A DNA stretch of 64,000 bases, from assembly GCA_042090785.1 (NCBI GenBank), contig JBELIP010000009.1, forward strand, positions 656 through 64,655, written 5' to 3'. Origin of the DNA: Cellvibrionales bacterium. GTDB taxonomy: Bacteria > Pseudomonadota > Gammaproteobacteria > Pseudomonadales > UBA7434. Below are positions 52,452-64,000 of this stretch, one piece after another (within the stretch, counting starts at the first letter, position 1; each line of letters opens with the position of its first letter). Below the pieces are notes generated by a model. It saw nothing but the letters and a program-made list of their open reading frames with translations. It did no database searches and was not told the origin of the DNA. Position numbers and translations under genes: made by a program.

Positions 52452-54614
52452 TTATTGAAAAGCTAAATCAATAGCCGCAAGTACATCTTTAGCAGCTAAA
52501 GGAATTTTTGTGCCTGGACCAAAAATACCTTTAACGCCCAGCTCGTTTAAAAAGTCGTAATCCTGTTTAGGAATAACGCCACCCACTACCACAATAATAT
52601 CATCAGCGCCCTCTTGCTTAAGCGCCGCCATTAATTCTGGCACTAAGGTTTTGTGACCAGCGGCCTGCGATGAAACACCCACAACATGCACATCATTTTC
52701 TACCGCTTGTTTTGCAACCTCAGCTGGCGTTGAAAACATGGGCGACAAATCAATATCAAAACCCACATCGGCAAAAGCAGTAGCAATAACTTTGGCGCCA
52801 CGATCATGTCCATCTTGACCCATCTTGCACACCAACATTCGAGGGCGACGGCCATGACGGCTGACAAAGGTATCAATATCAGCAACAATGGCCTGCCAGC
52901 CTTCGTCATCTTGGTAAGCACTGCCATAAACGCCCGAAACCGTTTGTGATTGCGCATTAAATCGACCGTAATCTCGCTCCATGGCGTAGGATATCTCCCC
53001 AACAGTGGCTCTTAGACGGGTGGCGTGAATACAAAGCGCTAACAAATTGCCTTTGCCCGATACGCTGCTTTGGTAAATGGCTTCAAGCGCCGCTTCTACA
53101 GCTTCATCATCGCGCTTAGCGCGTATCTCTGCAAGTCGTTTAATTTGCGAGGCTTTAACGGCATCGTTATCAATATCTAAAACGTCAACTTCTTCTTCCT
53201 GATCTTCGGCTAAGGTGTATTTATTCACCCCAACAATAACATCTTCACCACGGTCAATACGAGCCTGTTTGCGGGCAGCGGCTTCTTCTATTCGCAGCTT
53301 AGGCATTCCCGTTTCAATCGCCTTAGCCATACCGCCTTGCTCTTCTACTTCTTCAATAAGTGCCCAAGCCTTGTCTGCAATTTGCTGCGTTAGCGACTCC
53401 ATCATATAAGAGCCTCCCCAAGGATCAACAACATTGGTAATGCCAGTTTCTTCTTGCAGTATAAGCTGTGTGTTTCGAGCAATACGTGCCGAAAACTCTG
53501 TTGGCAAGGCTATCGCCTCATCTAAAGCGTTAGTATGTAACGACTGCGTACCACCAAAAACCGCAGCCATGGCTTCGACGGTGGTGCGCACAACATTGTT
53601 ATAAGGGTCTTGTTCGGTCAATGACCAACCTGATGTTTGGCTGTGAGTACGTAACATTTTTGAGCGGTCATTTTTAGGGTTAAACTCGCTAACTATTTTA
53701 GACCAGAGCAATCGCGCAGCTCGTAGCTTGGCTATCTCCATATAAAAATTCATACCAATGCCCCAAAAAAAGGACAGCCGCCCAGCAAATGCATCGATAT
53801 CTAAACCGGCCGCAATAGCGGTACGAATATATTCTTTGCCATCAGCAAGGGTGTACGCCAGCTCAAGCGCGGCATCAGCACCCGCTTCTTGAATATGGTA
53901 GCCAGAAATTGAAATAGTGTTGTACTTGGGCATATGTACCGAAGCGTAAGAAATGATATCGCCAATAATACGCATAGATGGTGCAGGCGGATAAATATAG
54001 GTGTTGCGCACCATAAACTCTTTTAGTACGTCATTTTGTACTGTGCCGCTGAGCTGCTCTTGACTAACACCTTGTTCTTCTGCGGCAACAATATAACCGG
54101 CAAGCACGGGTAACACCGCACCATTCATTGTCATCGAAACCGATACTTTATCTAATGGAATACCATCAAATAAAATCTTCATATCTTCTACAGAATCAAT
54201 GGCAACACCGGCTTTACCTACATCGCCACTGACTCGCGGATGATCAGAGTCATAACCACGATGCGTTGCAAGATCAAAGGCGACCGAAACCCCTTGCCCA
54301 CCTGCTGCTAAGGCTTTGCGATAAAACGCATTAGAGGCTTCAGCTGTAGAAAAACCCGCATACTGACGTATAGTCCAAGGGCGACCGGCATACATTGTGG
54401 GTTGTGGACCACGAATAAAAGGATCGAAGCCTGGCATGGAATCAGTAAACTCAAGGCTTTCGGTATCGGCTGCTGTATAGAGTGGATTAAGCTCAATACC
54501 TTCCGGCGTGTTGGTAATTAAATCATCAAGGGTTTTATTTGAACGGCTTAACTGTTGATTGGCAAGCTCGCGCCATTGCTCAACAGTTTTTTTAGAGGGG
54601 CTAAACTTTGCCAT
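52452..54614 (-). CDS. scpA: methylmalonyl-CoA mutase (AdoCbl-dependent)
   Basis: [10 protein letters not shown] with the Tyr specificity residue, QDGHDRG B12-binding motif. Confidence 0.97.
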   Translation of the reverse strand: MAKFSPSKKTVEQWRELANQQLSRSNKTLDDLITNTPEGIELNPLYTAADTESLEFTDSMPGFDPFIRGPQPTMYAGRPWTIRQYAGFSTAEASNAFYRKALAAGGQGVSVAFDLATHRGYDSDHPRVSGDVGKAGVAIDSVEDMKILFDGIPLDKVSVSMTMNGAVLPVLAGYIVAAEEQGVSQEQLSGTVQNDVLKEFMVRNTYIYPPAPSMRIIGDIISYASVHMPKYNTISISGYHIQEAGADAALELAYTLADGKEYIRTAIAAGLDIDAFAGRLSFFWGIGMNFYMEIAKLRAARLLWSKIVSEFNPKNDRSKMLRTHSQTSGWSLTEQDPYNNVVRTTVEAMAAVFGGTQSLHTNALDEAIALPTEFSARIARNTQLILQEETGITNVVDPWGGSYMMESLTQQIADKAWALIEEVEEQGGMAKAIETGMPKLRIEEAAARKQARIDRGEDVIVGVNKYTLAEDQEEEVDVLDIDNDAVKASQIKRLAEIRAKRDDEAVEAALEAIYQSSVSGKGNLLALCIHATRLRATVGEISYAMERDYGRFNAQSQTVSGVYGSAYQDDEGWQAIVADIDTFVSRHGRRPRMLVCKMGQDGHDRGAKVIATAFADVGFDIDLSPMFSTPAEVAKQAVENDVHVVGVSSQAAGHKTLVPELMAALKQEGADDIIVVVGGVIPKQDYDFLNELGVKGIFGPGTKIPLAAKDVLAAIDLAFQ

Positions 54615-54673
54615 ACTATTTGTTTATCCTTTGCTTAATCAAATACAACTCAACGATCAATTTTAATGGTGAA

Positions 54674-57622
54674 TTAAAGGCTCATCGCACACATAGCTAA
54701 AAACTGATCTGTGCTTTCGCGTTTAAGAGCAGCTAAAACATCGGCCGATTCAATAACCCTATTTTCATCAGGCGTCACTTTAAACAGCAGCTGCCCTTTA
54801 GTGATAATAACACCGTCATCCGGAACTAGAACTTTATCAATCGTACCGGCAAAGCTGGCAGTCACCTTATTAAACATTTTCATCACTTCTACAATGTACA
54901 AGAAATCACCGGCTTCAAAATGATCACCCGCTTTTACGTAACTATTTAGGCCAGGTGCTTCACGAGCATAAAACATCCCCCCTGAGGCGGCCAAAATCTC
55001 ATCAGGCTTAGTGGTTAAAGGTGGCGCTAATGCTTCTTGAGTGGTTTTTTGTAAACCCTCATCTAAAAGATTAGATGGGATATGAATACTTAAATCGTCA
55101 TTAACAGAAAGTTGGTAAAAATCTGTTTGGCTGGCTATAAAAGCCAAAACACCCAAAATATCTAAGCCCGCTTGAAAGCCAATATGCGCTGACTGAATAG
55201 CATGCCACTGCGCTTGCTCAATCTTACTTTCGGCAGGCGCAGAAGGCTGAGCTAATACTGACGAAAGCTCGGCAAAATTATCAACCGCAATATAGGCTTC
55301 TAGATTAGCCTCTAGATTTTGATAAAACTGTAAGGCATCAGATAAAATTTTAAAGTCATGATCCCAAATAACTTCTTTTGCAGGGCGCTGCTCATAAGTT
55401 TGAGTTGCACCACCTTCGCGGTAGTCCATATTTAAATAATGATAAAGATCATCTAACAAGACAATCGGGTTGCAGTGCCAATAAATGTTAGCAGCGCCAC
55501 TGCTAGCATCATTAAGCATAATAGAACAATCGGAAGCATGAATAGCTAACCAGCCCGACAAAGCATGCGGATTATTTAATAACTGCTGCAGCGGCCTTAA
55601 TAGTAATGATTGCTTGCGGTCTATAACCTCGGCCTTAGCCTGTAATAAATCAATATCTGCTGGCAGGTCATTTAAATAAGACTGACGTATTAATTGATAA
55701 GCATAAGTTAAATCAATTTTATTAGCCGATTGTTTAAGCAAACCAACCGCCGTTAAGTAAGCGACAATAAACTGGGTCGTTGGTCGCGCTTGCACATTAT
55801 TACCGACAAACCAATTACTAAGGCCATAATGGAAATCGAGATTGGTGCTTATGTCTTCACCAATCAGCTTGGTGCGGCGTAAAATTTCTGCTAAGCGCTC
55901 AAAACTATCCAGTCGGTCATCCCCATATGTCAGAAGCAAGGCAATGTTACTGTCATAGGCACCGGCTAACTTATACTTCATAAAGACATGGGTATCAGGA
56001 TTGTGTAATGAAATACCTTGATCATCACGAATCTCACCTTCAACAGGCTCAGACCACCAATTAATTAAACCACCGGCATGAGGTTGCAGCGCCTCATTAG
56101 TGGCATTTAATCGCGCCTCGATAGAAGCATTTTTTCTTTTTATCCGCTCCGGCTTTGGTAAACGACTGCCATGCCGAGCAAGTAAAACCATAGCCTCAAC
56201 TAAAGACTCAACCACAAAAACATCTTTATCATTATCAGGATTAGTAAATTTAAGCGCATAACATAATTCAGTGACTCTGTGCTCTACTTGAATACGCGTA
56301 TTCATTTCCATAAAAAAATGGCTGTCTCCATCGACAATACATTCAAATGTTGACACAGAATCTAAACCAACGGCCTCACCAAATATTGCCGCTTCGTCTT
56401 CCATTGCATCTAATATACGCAAATCAGTCACTAATGTTTGTAACGCCGCTTCACTGCCTCGACCTTCGGACAATTCTTTTTTAGCGCAGGCAATTGAACG
56501 CGTTATAGACTCATGGGTAGACGAGACCTCGAGTAATTTTTGCTCATGCATTTGTAAAGAGCAGTCACGTGCCCCCAGAGTGATGCACCAATCACCATTA
56601 CCAATGACCTGAATTTCTTGATGGCGAGTAAACTCTATATTTAATTCAACTAATACGTTTTTATTATCGCCAACACCGGTGGCTTTTACCTCATTTAAAA
56701 TTTCAAGCACTAAGCCCGACGCCTTGCTTGCAGCTGCGGCTACTTGCTCTTGAGGTGAACCTTGATAAGAAGACGGGGCAGCCAAAATACGCTGGCCTTT
56801 TCCGCCACCACCGCCAATCGCTTTTAAGCGAATACGGTTATTAGGATAGTTGCCGTACATAGCTATAACAGATTGTTCTATTTGCGCTTGCAGCTCATCA
56901 ATCGTGTATAAGTCAATACCCGCTTCATAACTGGCAGCTAAAACCAAGTCGGCCTTATCTGCCAGCGACAAATCTTTATTATCAAGTTCACTAGCAGCCA
57001 CATTAAGCTGCTGCGCCTTAACCAACGCTTTTAGGCTTGCTATATCACCATATTTAGACAGTAGCACTAAGGCGGTTGCATTATTAACTCCCGGCGTAAC
57101 ACTTACTCCTAATTTTAATGCCGTGCGTTTTGCTTCATCTTTAAGTCCTGCAGAATGCACAGTGCGAGAACATGGGCCAATAAAATTAAGACCTGCCTGC
57201 TCCATTGCAGCAACCATAGTTTCATCTTCGGCCATAAAACCATAGCCAGCAAAAATTGCGTTATAACCATTTTGCTTAGCAATTTTAATCATCTGGTCAA
57301 TACGCTGGCTACGCTCTTCTTTTGTAGCGCCAGAATAATCGGGCACACGATGAATACGGTCGGGGTCAGTTAAAGAACGAAGCTCAGGAGACAGTGCATT
57401 AGGAAAAGTAATTGAATCTTTTTCTGACAGTAGAATGCCGTAATTAGCTATTCCCATTTCATCAAAAACATCCATCGCTTCTTTGCGGATAGGCCCACGA
57501 CAAATAATCAACGGCCGAATATCAATACAACTAAAGCTACGCACCCACTCTGAAGGCATGTTAGCAAGCCGTTTATCGCTATGAATTAATGGGTTATTCA
57601 AATAGTAATTATCTGTACTCAC
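54674..57622 (-). CDS. large biotin carboxylase-biotin carrier fusion (acyl-CoA carboxylase alpha subunit)
   Basis: GYGFMAE, KAIGGGGGKG, RHQEIQ, EMNTRIQVEH, YDS, biotinylation site EVMKM. Confidence 0.88.
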   Translation of the reverse strand: MSTDNYYLNNPLIHSDKRLANMPSEWVRSFSCIDIRPLIICRGPIRKEAMDVFDEMGIANYGILLSEKDSITFPNALSPELRSLTDPDRIHRVPDYSGATKEERSQRIDQMIKIAKQNGYNAIFAGYGFMAEDETMVAAMEQAGLNFIGPCSRTVHSAGLKDEAKRTALKLGVSVTPGVNNATALVLLSKYGDIASLKALVKAQQLNVAASELDNKDLSLADKADLVLAASYEAGIDLYTIDELQAQIEQSVIAMYGNYPNNRIRLKAIGGGGGKGQRILAAPSSYQGSPQEQVAAAASKASGLVLEILNEVKATGVGDNKNVLVELNIEFTRHQEIQVIGNGDWCITLGARDCSLQMHEQKLLEVSSTHESITRSIACAKKELSEGRGSEAALQTLVTDLRILDAMEDEAAIFGEAVGLDSVSTFECIVDGDSHFFMEMNTRIQVEHRVTELCYALKFTNPDNDKDVFVVESLVEAMVLLARHGSRLPKPERIKRKNASIEARLNATNEALQPHAGGLINWWSEPVEGEIRDDQGISLHNPDTHVFMKYKLAGAYDSNIALLLTYGDDRLDSFERLAEILRRTKLIGEDISTNLDFHYGLSNWFVGNNVQARPTTQFIVAYLTAVGLLKQSANKIDLTYAYQLIRQSYLNDLPADIDLLQAKAEVIDRKQSLLLRPLQQLLNNPHALSGWLAIHASDCSIMLNDASSGAANIYWHCNPIVLLDDLYHYLNMDYREGGATQTYEQRPAKEVIWDHDFKILSDALQFYQNLEANLEAYIAVDNFAELSSVLAQPSAPAESKIEQAQWHAIQSAHIGFQAGLDILGVLAFIASQTDFYQLSVNDDLSIHIPSNLLDEGLQKTTQEALAPPLTTKPDEILAASGGMFYAREAPGLNSYVKAGDHFEAGDFLYIVEVMKMFNKVTASFAGTIDKVLVPDDGVIITKGQLLFKVTPDENRVIESADVLAALKRESTDQFLAMCAMSL

Positions 57623-57656
57623 ATGTATCCCTTAAATAATTTAAGTATCTGACAAT

Positions 57657-57720
57657 AAACTCACGCTGCACAGCTCTGTTTAAAACCAAGCGGCAGATAC
57701 TAATGAAACTCACGCTGCAC
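57657..57720. repeat. 15-bp exact direct repeat AAACTCACGCTGCAC
   Basis: Copies at 57657-57671 (intergenic) and 57706-57720 (3' end of the carboxyltransferase gene). Confidence 0.85.
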
Positions 57721-59424
57721 GCTTTGCATTGGCTCAGCTTTATAATGTCGCAAATGGAAATCCATATTCTCGCCCAGTACTTGGCGCAAATCACCAGGCA
57801 TCACTATCTGTGAAATAGACCCTAAACTTAGCGCCTCTTTAGGATTCATTAACTCTTGCTCATATCGCAGAGCTAACAGCGCTTCTTGCTCTTTAACCCA
57901 AGCATCCACAACACGCTTAGCTTCAACGTCGGCAGCAGTTTTACTCATACCAGAAGCCTGTAACTGCTCTAACTGTTCAGCTAAGCGGTTATTAACAGCG
58001 TCACGAATAGCTTTTACTTCTTTTTTATAAACAAACTCAACACCCGCAGGCCCCATTACAGCAGTACGGGTTGTGGGTAAGGCAATCACAAAATCGGCAC
58101 CCGTTGGGTAATTGTTAAAAGAGGCATAGGCACCGCCAAAGGCATTGCGTATAATTAATAAAAAACGTGGCGTGCGTAAATCGATAATGGCATCAAGCAT
58201 GGCGCGACCCGCCTGCACAATACCACCCTGCTCCTGCTCTTTGCCGGGTAAAAAGCCGGTTGTATCTTCCATAAAAATAATAGGAATGTTGTATAAATTG
58301 CAAAAACGAATAAAACGCGCATTTTTATAGGCAGCGTCAATGTCTATTTGCCCAGACGACACAGCGCTATTGTTCGCGACAAAACCAACAACGTTACCAC
58401 TTAGCCGGCCTAACGCAGTTATTGTGTTGCGCGCCCGTAATTCTTGCACTTCGAGATAGTCACCATGATCGCAGAGTTGCTGTATAACAATACTGATATC
58501 AAAAGGCGTGTTCATCCCAGTGGGAGAGTTAAATGCCTTTTTTAATAAGATATCAACATCCCATGTTTTTCGAGCAATAGGATCAGATGTTGGCTGATAC
58601 GGTGCAGTTTGACTGTTGTTATCAGGAATATACCTTAATAATTCACGCACTTTTAATAGCGCAGAAACTTCATCATCGACAACAAAGTCGGCAACACCCG
58701 ATTGGCTATGCACGCTTGGTCCGCCAAGCTCATCGGGCGTAACATCCTCACCAAGAACCGATTTAACAACACCAGGCCCAGTTAAACCAAAAAAACTGTT
58801 TTTTGGTTGTATCACAAAAGAGCCTTGGCGCGGTAAATACGAACCGCCACCGGCGTTAAAACCAAACATACACATAATCGATGGAACGATGCCATTGATT
58901 TTACGAAGCGCAGTAAAAGCTTCGGCATAACCATCTAGACCACCCACACCTGCAGGCACATATGCACCAGCACTATCGTTTAAACCCACGAGTGGAATTT
59001 TTCGCTGACCGGCAAGTTCAAATAATCGCGCTAGTTTTTTACCATTAGTTGCATCCATAGAACCGGCACGAAGAGTAAAGTCATGACCGTAAAGGGCCAC
59101 ATCGCGGCCATCAATTTTAACAATAGCAGTAACGAGCGAAGCGCCATCTAAGTTCTCGCCCCAGTTTTGAAATAATATGGTCGGCGGCGCATCAGTTAAC
59201 ACATCAATGCGCTCCCAAACAGTCATGCGGTTTTTTAAATGTTGTTTTTGTCTATTCGCGTCGCCGGCAGCAGTTAATGGCCGCTGCATTAAATTTAAAC
59301 CCTCTTGTAATTTTTCTTCATACAAACCGGGATCGTAACTAGCCTGACCTGGCACTGTAAACTCAACGTCTTTCGAAGTTTCAAAGGGGTTATTTAAAGT
59401 GGGCTTTAACTTATCCGCGGTCAT
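57700..59424 (-). CDS. acyl-CoA (probably propionyl-CoA) carboxylase, carboxyltransferase subunit
   Basis: [40 protein letters not shown]; start set at MTADKLK. Confidence 0.9.
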   Translation of the reverse strand: MTADKLKPTLNNPFETSKDVEFTVPGQASYDPGLYEEKLQEGLNLMQRPLTAAGDANRQKQHLKNRMTVWERIDVLTDAPPTILFQNWGENLDGASLVTAIVKIDGRDVALYGHDFTLRAGSMDATNGKKLARLFELAGQRKIPLVGLNDSAGAYVPAGVGGLDGYAEAFTALRKINGIVPSIMCMFGFNAGGGSYLPRQGSFVIQPKNSFFGLTGPGVVKSVLGEDVTPDELGGPSVHSQSGVADFVVDDEVSALLKVRELLRYIPDNNSQTAPYQPTSDPIARKTWDVDILLKKAFNSPTGMNTPFDISIVIQQLCDHGDYLEVQELRARNTITALGRLSGNVVGFVANNSAVSSGQIDIDAAYKNARFIRFCNLYNIPIIFMEDTTGFLPGKEQEQGGIVQAGRAMLDAIIDLRTPRFLLIIRNAFGGAYASFNNYPTGADFVIALPTTRTAVMGPAGVEFVYKKEVKAIRDAVNNRLAEQLEQLQASGMSKTAADVEAKRVVDAWVKEQEALLALRYEQELMNPKEALSLGSISQIVMPGDLRQVLGENMDFHLRHYKAEPMQSVQREFH

Positions 59425-59598
59425 AATATATTTCCGTGTTAGCGGTATGTGTTGGTCGGTTTTGACATGAAGGCTTGCAAAGGCGTTAGCGTCTAGCAAG
59501 TTCGAAAACGAAAACAGTCAATATAATATTAAAAGCTGTATGAAAAACCCGCCTATGGTAACAGCATCAACTTTTAATCAACTAATTATTTACCGTTA

Positions 59599-59619
59599 TA
59601 CCCCCCTAAAAAAGGGGGT
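59599..59619. promoter_or_regulatory. palindromic candidate operator TACCCCC-N7-GGGGGTA
   Basis: Perfect 7-bp inverted repeat in an AT-rich divergent promoter region. Confidence 0.45.
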
Positions 59620-59867
59620 AATATATGGGTGTGCAAATGCATAATGCGAGTGAAAAAAAAGAAACAACCTTATTTAAATTAATAACTTATGTCAACTTAG
59701 TAAAACAAATATTATGTAAAAATTTAAGCGCTCAAGATTAAAAAAAGTGCATATATTCATGCGACATAGAAATCAATAATCAGGTATTATCGCGCAGCAT
59801 TAAAGTCATCACATAAAAAACCTCTACTCAGTACTGCGTAACACAACGTTGCACAACACAACCCACT

Positions 59868-61292
59868 ATGACCACAAAGCCTTGCGCGAACATATACGAT
59901 CTTCCCTATTATCAAGATAGCTGCCTCTATTTTGAGCGACTACGCCACCTACCCTACCCTGTATTTCTTGATAGCAATGCGCATGCTTCAAACGGCCGCT
60001 TTGATATTGTAACTGCCGATCCCGTTAGCATTATTAGCTCGTCTTTTAATGAATCTAATGCGCCATTATTTAGCAAAATCGATAAAGATATAGACACCCA
60101 CACCACTCGCGGTGCAAGCCATGACAGGGCCCCTTTTGTGTCTGGCGCTATTGGCGTCTTTAGCTACGATTTAGGCATGCAACTTAACCAGCTTGACCCT
60201 ATTAAAGACAATGAAAATGCAGTATGGCCATTGCTTATTGTCGGCATTTACCAGTGGGCCATTGTGCAAGATCATCAACAGCAGCAAGCATGGTTGCTAT
60301 GCGACCCTAAGCAAGCGCCGGCTACAAGCCAAACGCTTTTAGGCCTTATTAATAAGGGTCGGTCGATAGAAAAAGATCAGCAGGCCGAGAGCCTAGCTAC
60401 ATTTCAATTACAATCAGACTGGGTTTCTAGTAATAGTAAAAATAGCTATCAATCGCTGTTCAATTCAGCCATGAACTACATTGAACAAGGTGATTGCTAT
60501 CAAGTTAACTTTGCCCAGCAAATGAGCGCTAAATTTACTGGCGATAGCTGGCATGCTTATAAACAGCTGCGCAAAGTATCGCCCACGCCATTTGCTGCTT
60601 ATTTCGAAACCCCCCAAGCCAGCTTAATGAGTTTATCGCCCGAACGTTTTATCCAAGTGCAAGATAAGCAAGTGCAAACGCAGCCCATTAAAGGCACCCG
60701 TAAACGCGGCAGCAGTGAACAAGAAGATGTCAAACTCATGTCAGAATTAAGCGGCTCACAAAAAGATCGCGCCGAAAACTTAATGATTGTTGATTTAATG
60801 CGTAACGATTTAGGCAAGTGCTGCAAACAAGGCTCTATTAAAGTCCCCAAGCTCTTTCAAATAGAAACTCACCCCAACGTGCATCATTTGGTGAGCACTG
60901 TCACAGCCGAACTTAGCGAAACTGGCGTAGACCAGTCATTAGCCTTACTTAAAAACAGCTTGCCCGGCGGCTCGGTAACGGGCGCACCTAAAAAACGCGC
61001 CATGGAAATTATTGACGAGCTAGAAAACTTTTCACGCTCTATATATTGTGGTTCGGTCGCCTACATTAATAACTCAGGCAATATGGACTCAAATATTCTT
61101 ATTCGAAGCTTATTAGCTTTTAAGGAAGATAAGGACCAAACAGGTACAGTGCAATGCTGGGGTGGCGGTGGCATAGTTGCCGACTCAAAAGCCGATCTCG
61201 AATACGAAGAAAGCTTGCAAAAAATTAGAAATATTTTAGATGCCTTAAAAAAAATGCGTAAACGGGCAACCCCTGTTAACGCATTTAATTAA
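59868..61292 (+). CDS. pabB: aminodeoxychorismate synthase component I
   Basis: SPERF, PIKGT, AENLMIVDL.RND, GSVTGAPK; convergent with thrH. Confidence 0.93.
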   Translation: MTTKPCANIYDLPYYQDSCLYFERLRHLPYPVFLDSNAHASNGRFDIVTADPVSIISSSFNESNAPLFSKIDKDIDTHTTRGASHDRAPFVSGAIGVFSYDLGMQLNQLDPIKDNENAVWPLLIVGIYQWAIVQDHQQQQAWLLCDPKQAPATSQTLLGLINKGRSIEKDQQAESLATFQLQSDWVSSNSKNSYQSLFNSAMNYIEQGDCYQVNFAQQMSAKFTGDSWHAYKQLRKVSPTPFAAYFETPQASLMSLSPERFIQVQDKQVQTQPIKGTRKRGSSEQEDVKLMSELSGSQKDRAENLMIVDLMRNDLGKCCKQGSIKVPKLFQIETHPNVHHLVSTVTAELSETGVDQSLALLKNSLPGGSVTGAPKKRAMEIIDELENFSRSIYCGSVAYINNSGNMDSNILIRSLLAFKEDKDQTGTVQCWGGGGIVADSKADLEYEESLQKIRNILDALKKMRKRATPVNAFN

Positions 61293-61321
61293 AACCTGTC
61301 TTAGGCCTAACGCTATATCCG

Positions 61322-61942
61322 CTAATCTAGTGTTAAATCACGTACGCTAGCATCAATAAACGCCTGCTTTAAATCTGCAAACGTATCAACCGACTGAAAC
61401 TGTGGAAATTCATCTTTCACATTTTGAGGCGCATGAAACAAAATGCCCACCTCTGCCTCAGCCAGCATAGTTGTATCGTTATAGGAATCACCAGCAGCAA
61501 TAATTCGATACTGTAAATCATGAAACGCTTTTACCGACTTCTGCTTAGGATCTTTTTGACGGATATGATAATTAACAACATTGCCCTCTGCATCAGCCTC
61601 AAGCTTATGACAAAACAAAGTGGGATAACCCAACTGTTTCATTAATGGTGCCGAGAACTCATAGAACGTATCCGATAAAATAACCACCTGAAAACGCTCA
61701 CGCAACCAGTTAATAAAATCGACAGCGCCATCTAAAGGTGCCATATCAGCGATAACGGCTTGAATATCTTGTAGCTTTAAACCATTTTCTTTTAGCAATC
61801 TTAAGCGCTGAGTCATTAGCACATCGTAATCAGGAATATCTCGCGTTGTTGCTTTTAACGCTTCAATACCTGTACGGTCAGCAAAATCTATCCAAATTTC
61901 TGGAACCAACACACCCTCTAAATCTAAACACGCTATTTCCAC
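61322..61942 (-). CDS. thrH: phosphoserine phosphatase / homoserine phosphotransferase ThrH
   Basis: HAD motif CLDLEGVLVPEIW, GDSYND. Confidence 0.96.
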   Translation of the reverse strand: MEIACLDLEGVLVPEIWIDFADRTGIEALKATTRDIPDYDVLMTQRLRLLKENGLKLQDIQAVIADMAPLDGAVDFINWLRERFQVVILSDTFYEFSAPLMKQLGYPTLFCHKLEADAEGNVVNYHIRQKDPKQKSVKAFHDLQYRIIAAGDSYNDTTMLAEAEVGILFHAPQNVKDEFPQFQSVDTFADLKQAFIDASVRDLTLD

Positions 61943-62068
61943 TTTTACCTCTACATTATCATTATTTTAATACGACTGGCGGCCGCATCGTTTTTCACAA
62001 GAAAAATAATACAGCCGCCAGCTATTCAACAAACATATCGCTAGTTTAAAAACGTAAAAAGCAAAAAA

Positions 62069-63070
<1,002 letters not shown>

Positions 63071-63471
63071 TTAATTGAGTTGAAATTAAGCCGTAAACTC
63101 CCTATTACCGGACACTGACAACTATCGACACCGTCTCATTTTTTATTGCTGCAATCTGCTTACCGTGCATCAATTAGCCATTAACTAACGATAATTGAAA
63201 CATAGGCAGAAATACAACAGGCGCATTTTATCAATACCACGCCAAACCAGTTAAAAAACAATAAAACCTTATCTATTGTCAAAATTAGCCCACGCGATAA
63301 AGTCTTTTTACAGGCCTTATGGCCATACAGTGCAAATGATATTCAACCTGCTATTTCTTTGCAAACTTAAAAACTCACTAGTCCTCAAAAAATAGATAAG
63401 CGCACTAAAAGAGCACTGAAGTTAACAAAACCTAGCAACTTTAAGTCAAAAAACCTGGCAATATTAAGTGG

Positions 63472-64000
63472 CTAATCGGCCGACACATTATTCGCAACAC
63501 CATGCGGTACATGGCCAGTAGCAATGTGCTCAGCAGCCAAATCACAATGGCCCCGCTGGTCATCAAAAAACACATCGGCACCATAAGCACGTAAAAACTC
63601 AACTTTAGGCAGGCCACCTAAAAATAGCGACTCATCAATACGAATATGCCAAGCTCTTAAGGTGCGGATAACCCGTTCATGAGCCGGAGCTGATCGTGCC
63701 GTCACCAAAGCCGTGCGGATGGGTGAATCATCACCAGGAAACTCGGCTTGAAGCATTTGCAATGCTGCTAAAAACGACTTAAACGGCCCACCTGAAAGGG
63801 GCTCTTTAGCCGCAGCACGCTCGGTGGCAGTAAACGCCTCCAAGCCATCGGCTTTATAAACCTGCTCGGCCTCATCCGAAAACAAAACAGCATCGCCATC
63901 AAAGGCAAACCGTAGTTGGTTGGTATCTTTTTGGCTGTCAATATTAGCGCCGCTATTACTCGCGGGTAAAAACGTTGCGGCAGCCACACCTGCGTCTAAT
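63472..64000 (-). CDS. 5'-nucleotidase (cN-I-like), 5'-truncated by the window edge
   Basis: FAFDGDAVLFSDE, VTARSAPAHER, FFDDQ. Confidence 0.9.
   Translation of the reverse strand, partial: LDAGVAAATFLPASNSGANIDSQKDTNQLRFAFDGDAVLFSDEAEQVYKADGLEAFTATERAAAKEPLSGGPFKSFLAALQMLQAEFPGDDSPIRTALVTARSAPAHERVIRTLRAWHIRIDESLFLGGLPKVEFLRAYGADVFFDDQRGHCDLAAEHIATGHVPHGVANNVSAD

Noticed and set aside
52452-54614. Mutase as isobutyryl- or ethylmalonyl-CoA mutase
   Set aside because: RQYAGF retains the Tyr diagnostic of methylmalonyl-CoA mutase
59425-59867. Cobalamin riboswitch upstream of the mutase operon
   Set aside because: No B12-box-like sequence recognisable; the region is AT-rich

Overview
Core-chromosome window (about 42% GC by eye) from a probably marine gammaproteobacterium of the Pseudomonadales/Cellvibrionales type, judged from Pseudomonas-like gene orders (wrbA-arsC/tlpA, purL/mltF/tadA, gpsA-sixA, gap-nqrA-F-apbE-nqrM, pabB/thrH/cysB). 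It holds about 50 housekeeping CDSs, one tRNA-Arg(ACG) with a clear stable-RNA promoter, a sigma32 promoter and terminator for htpG, the Na+-NQR operon, and a methylmalonyl-CoA module (carboxyltransferase, an unusually large biotin carboxylase-BCCP, scpA, meaB). I saw no transposase, integrase, prophage, CRISPR array or defence island, and no unmistakably new multi-gene system. The best leads are: the atypical two-subunit acyl-CoA carboxylase operon lacking an epimerase; a gene-free, self-complementary 0.9-kb spacer between htpG and the tRNA (candidate ncRNA); a SutA-like RNA-polymerase-binding small protein with a different tail; non-canonical start codons apparently needed for purL (CTG) and apbE (ATT/ATC); a sigma32-like promoter before a yajC-less secDF; an internally duplicated hypothetical protein with phased upstream repeats; and a Bacteroidota-like CDP-alcohol transferase beside the tRNA. 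All family assignments come from motifs recognised by eye, with no database searches.
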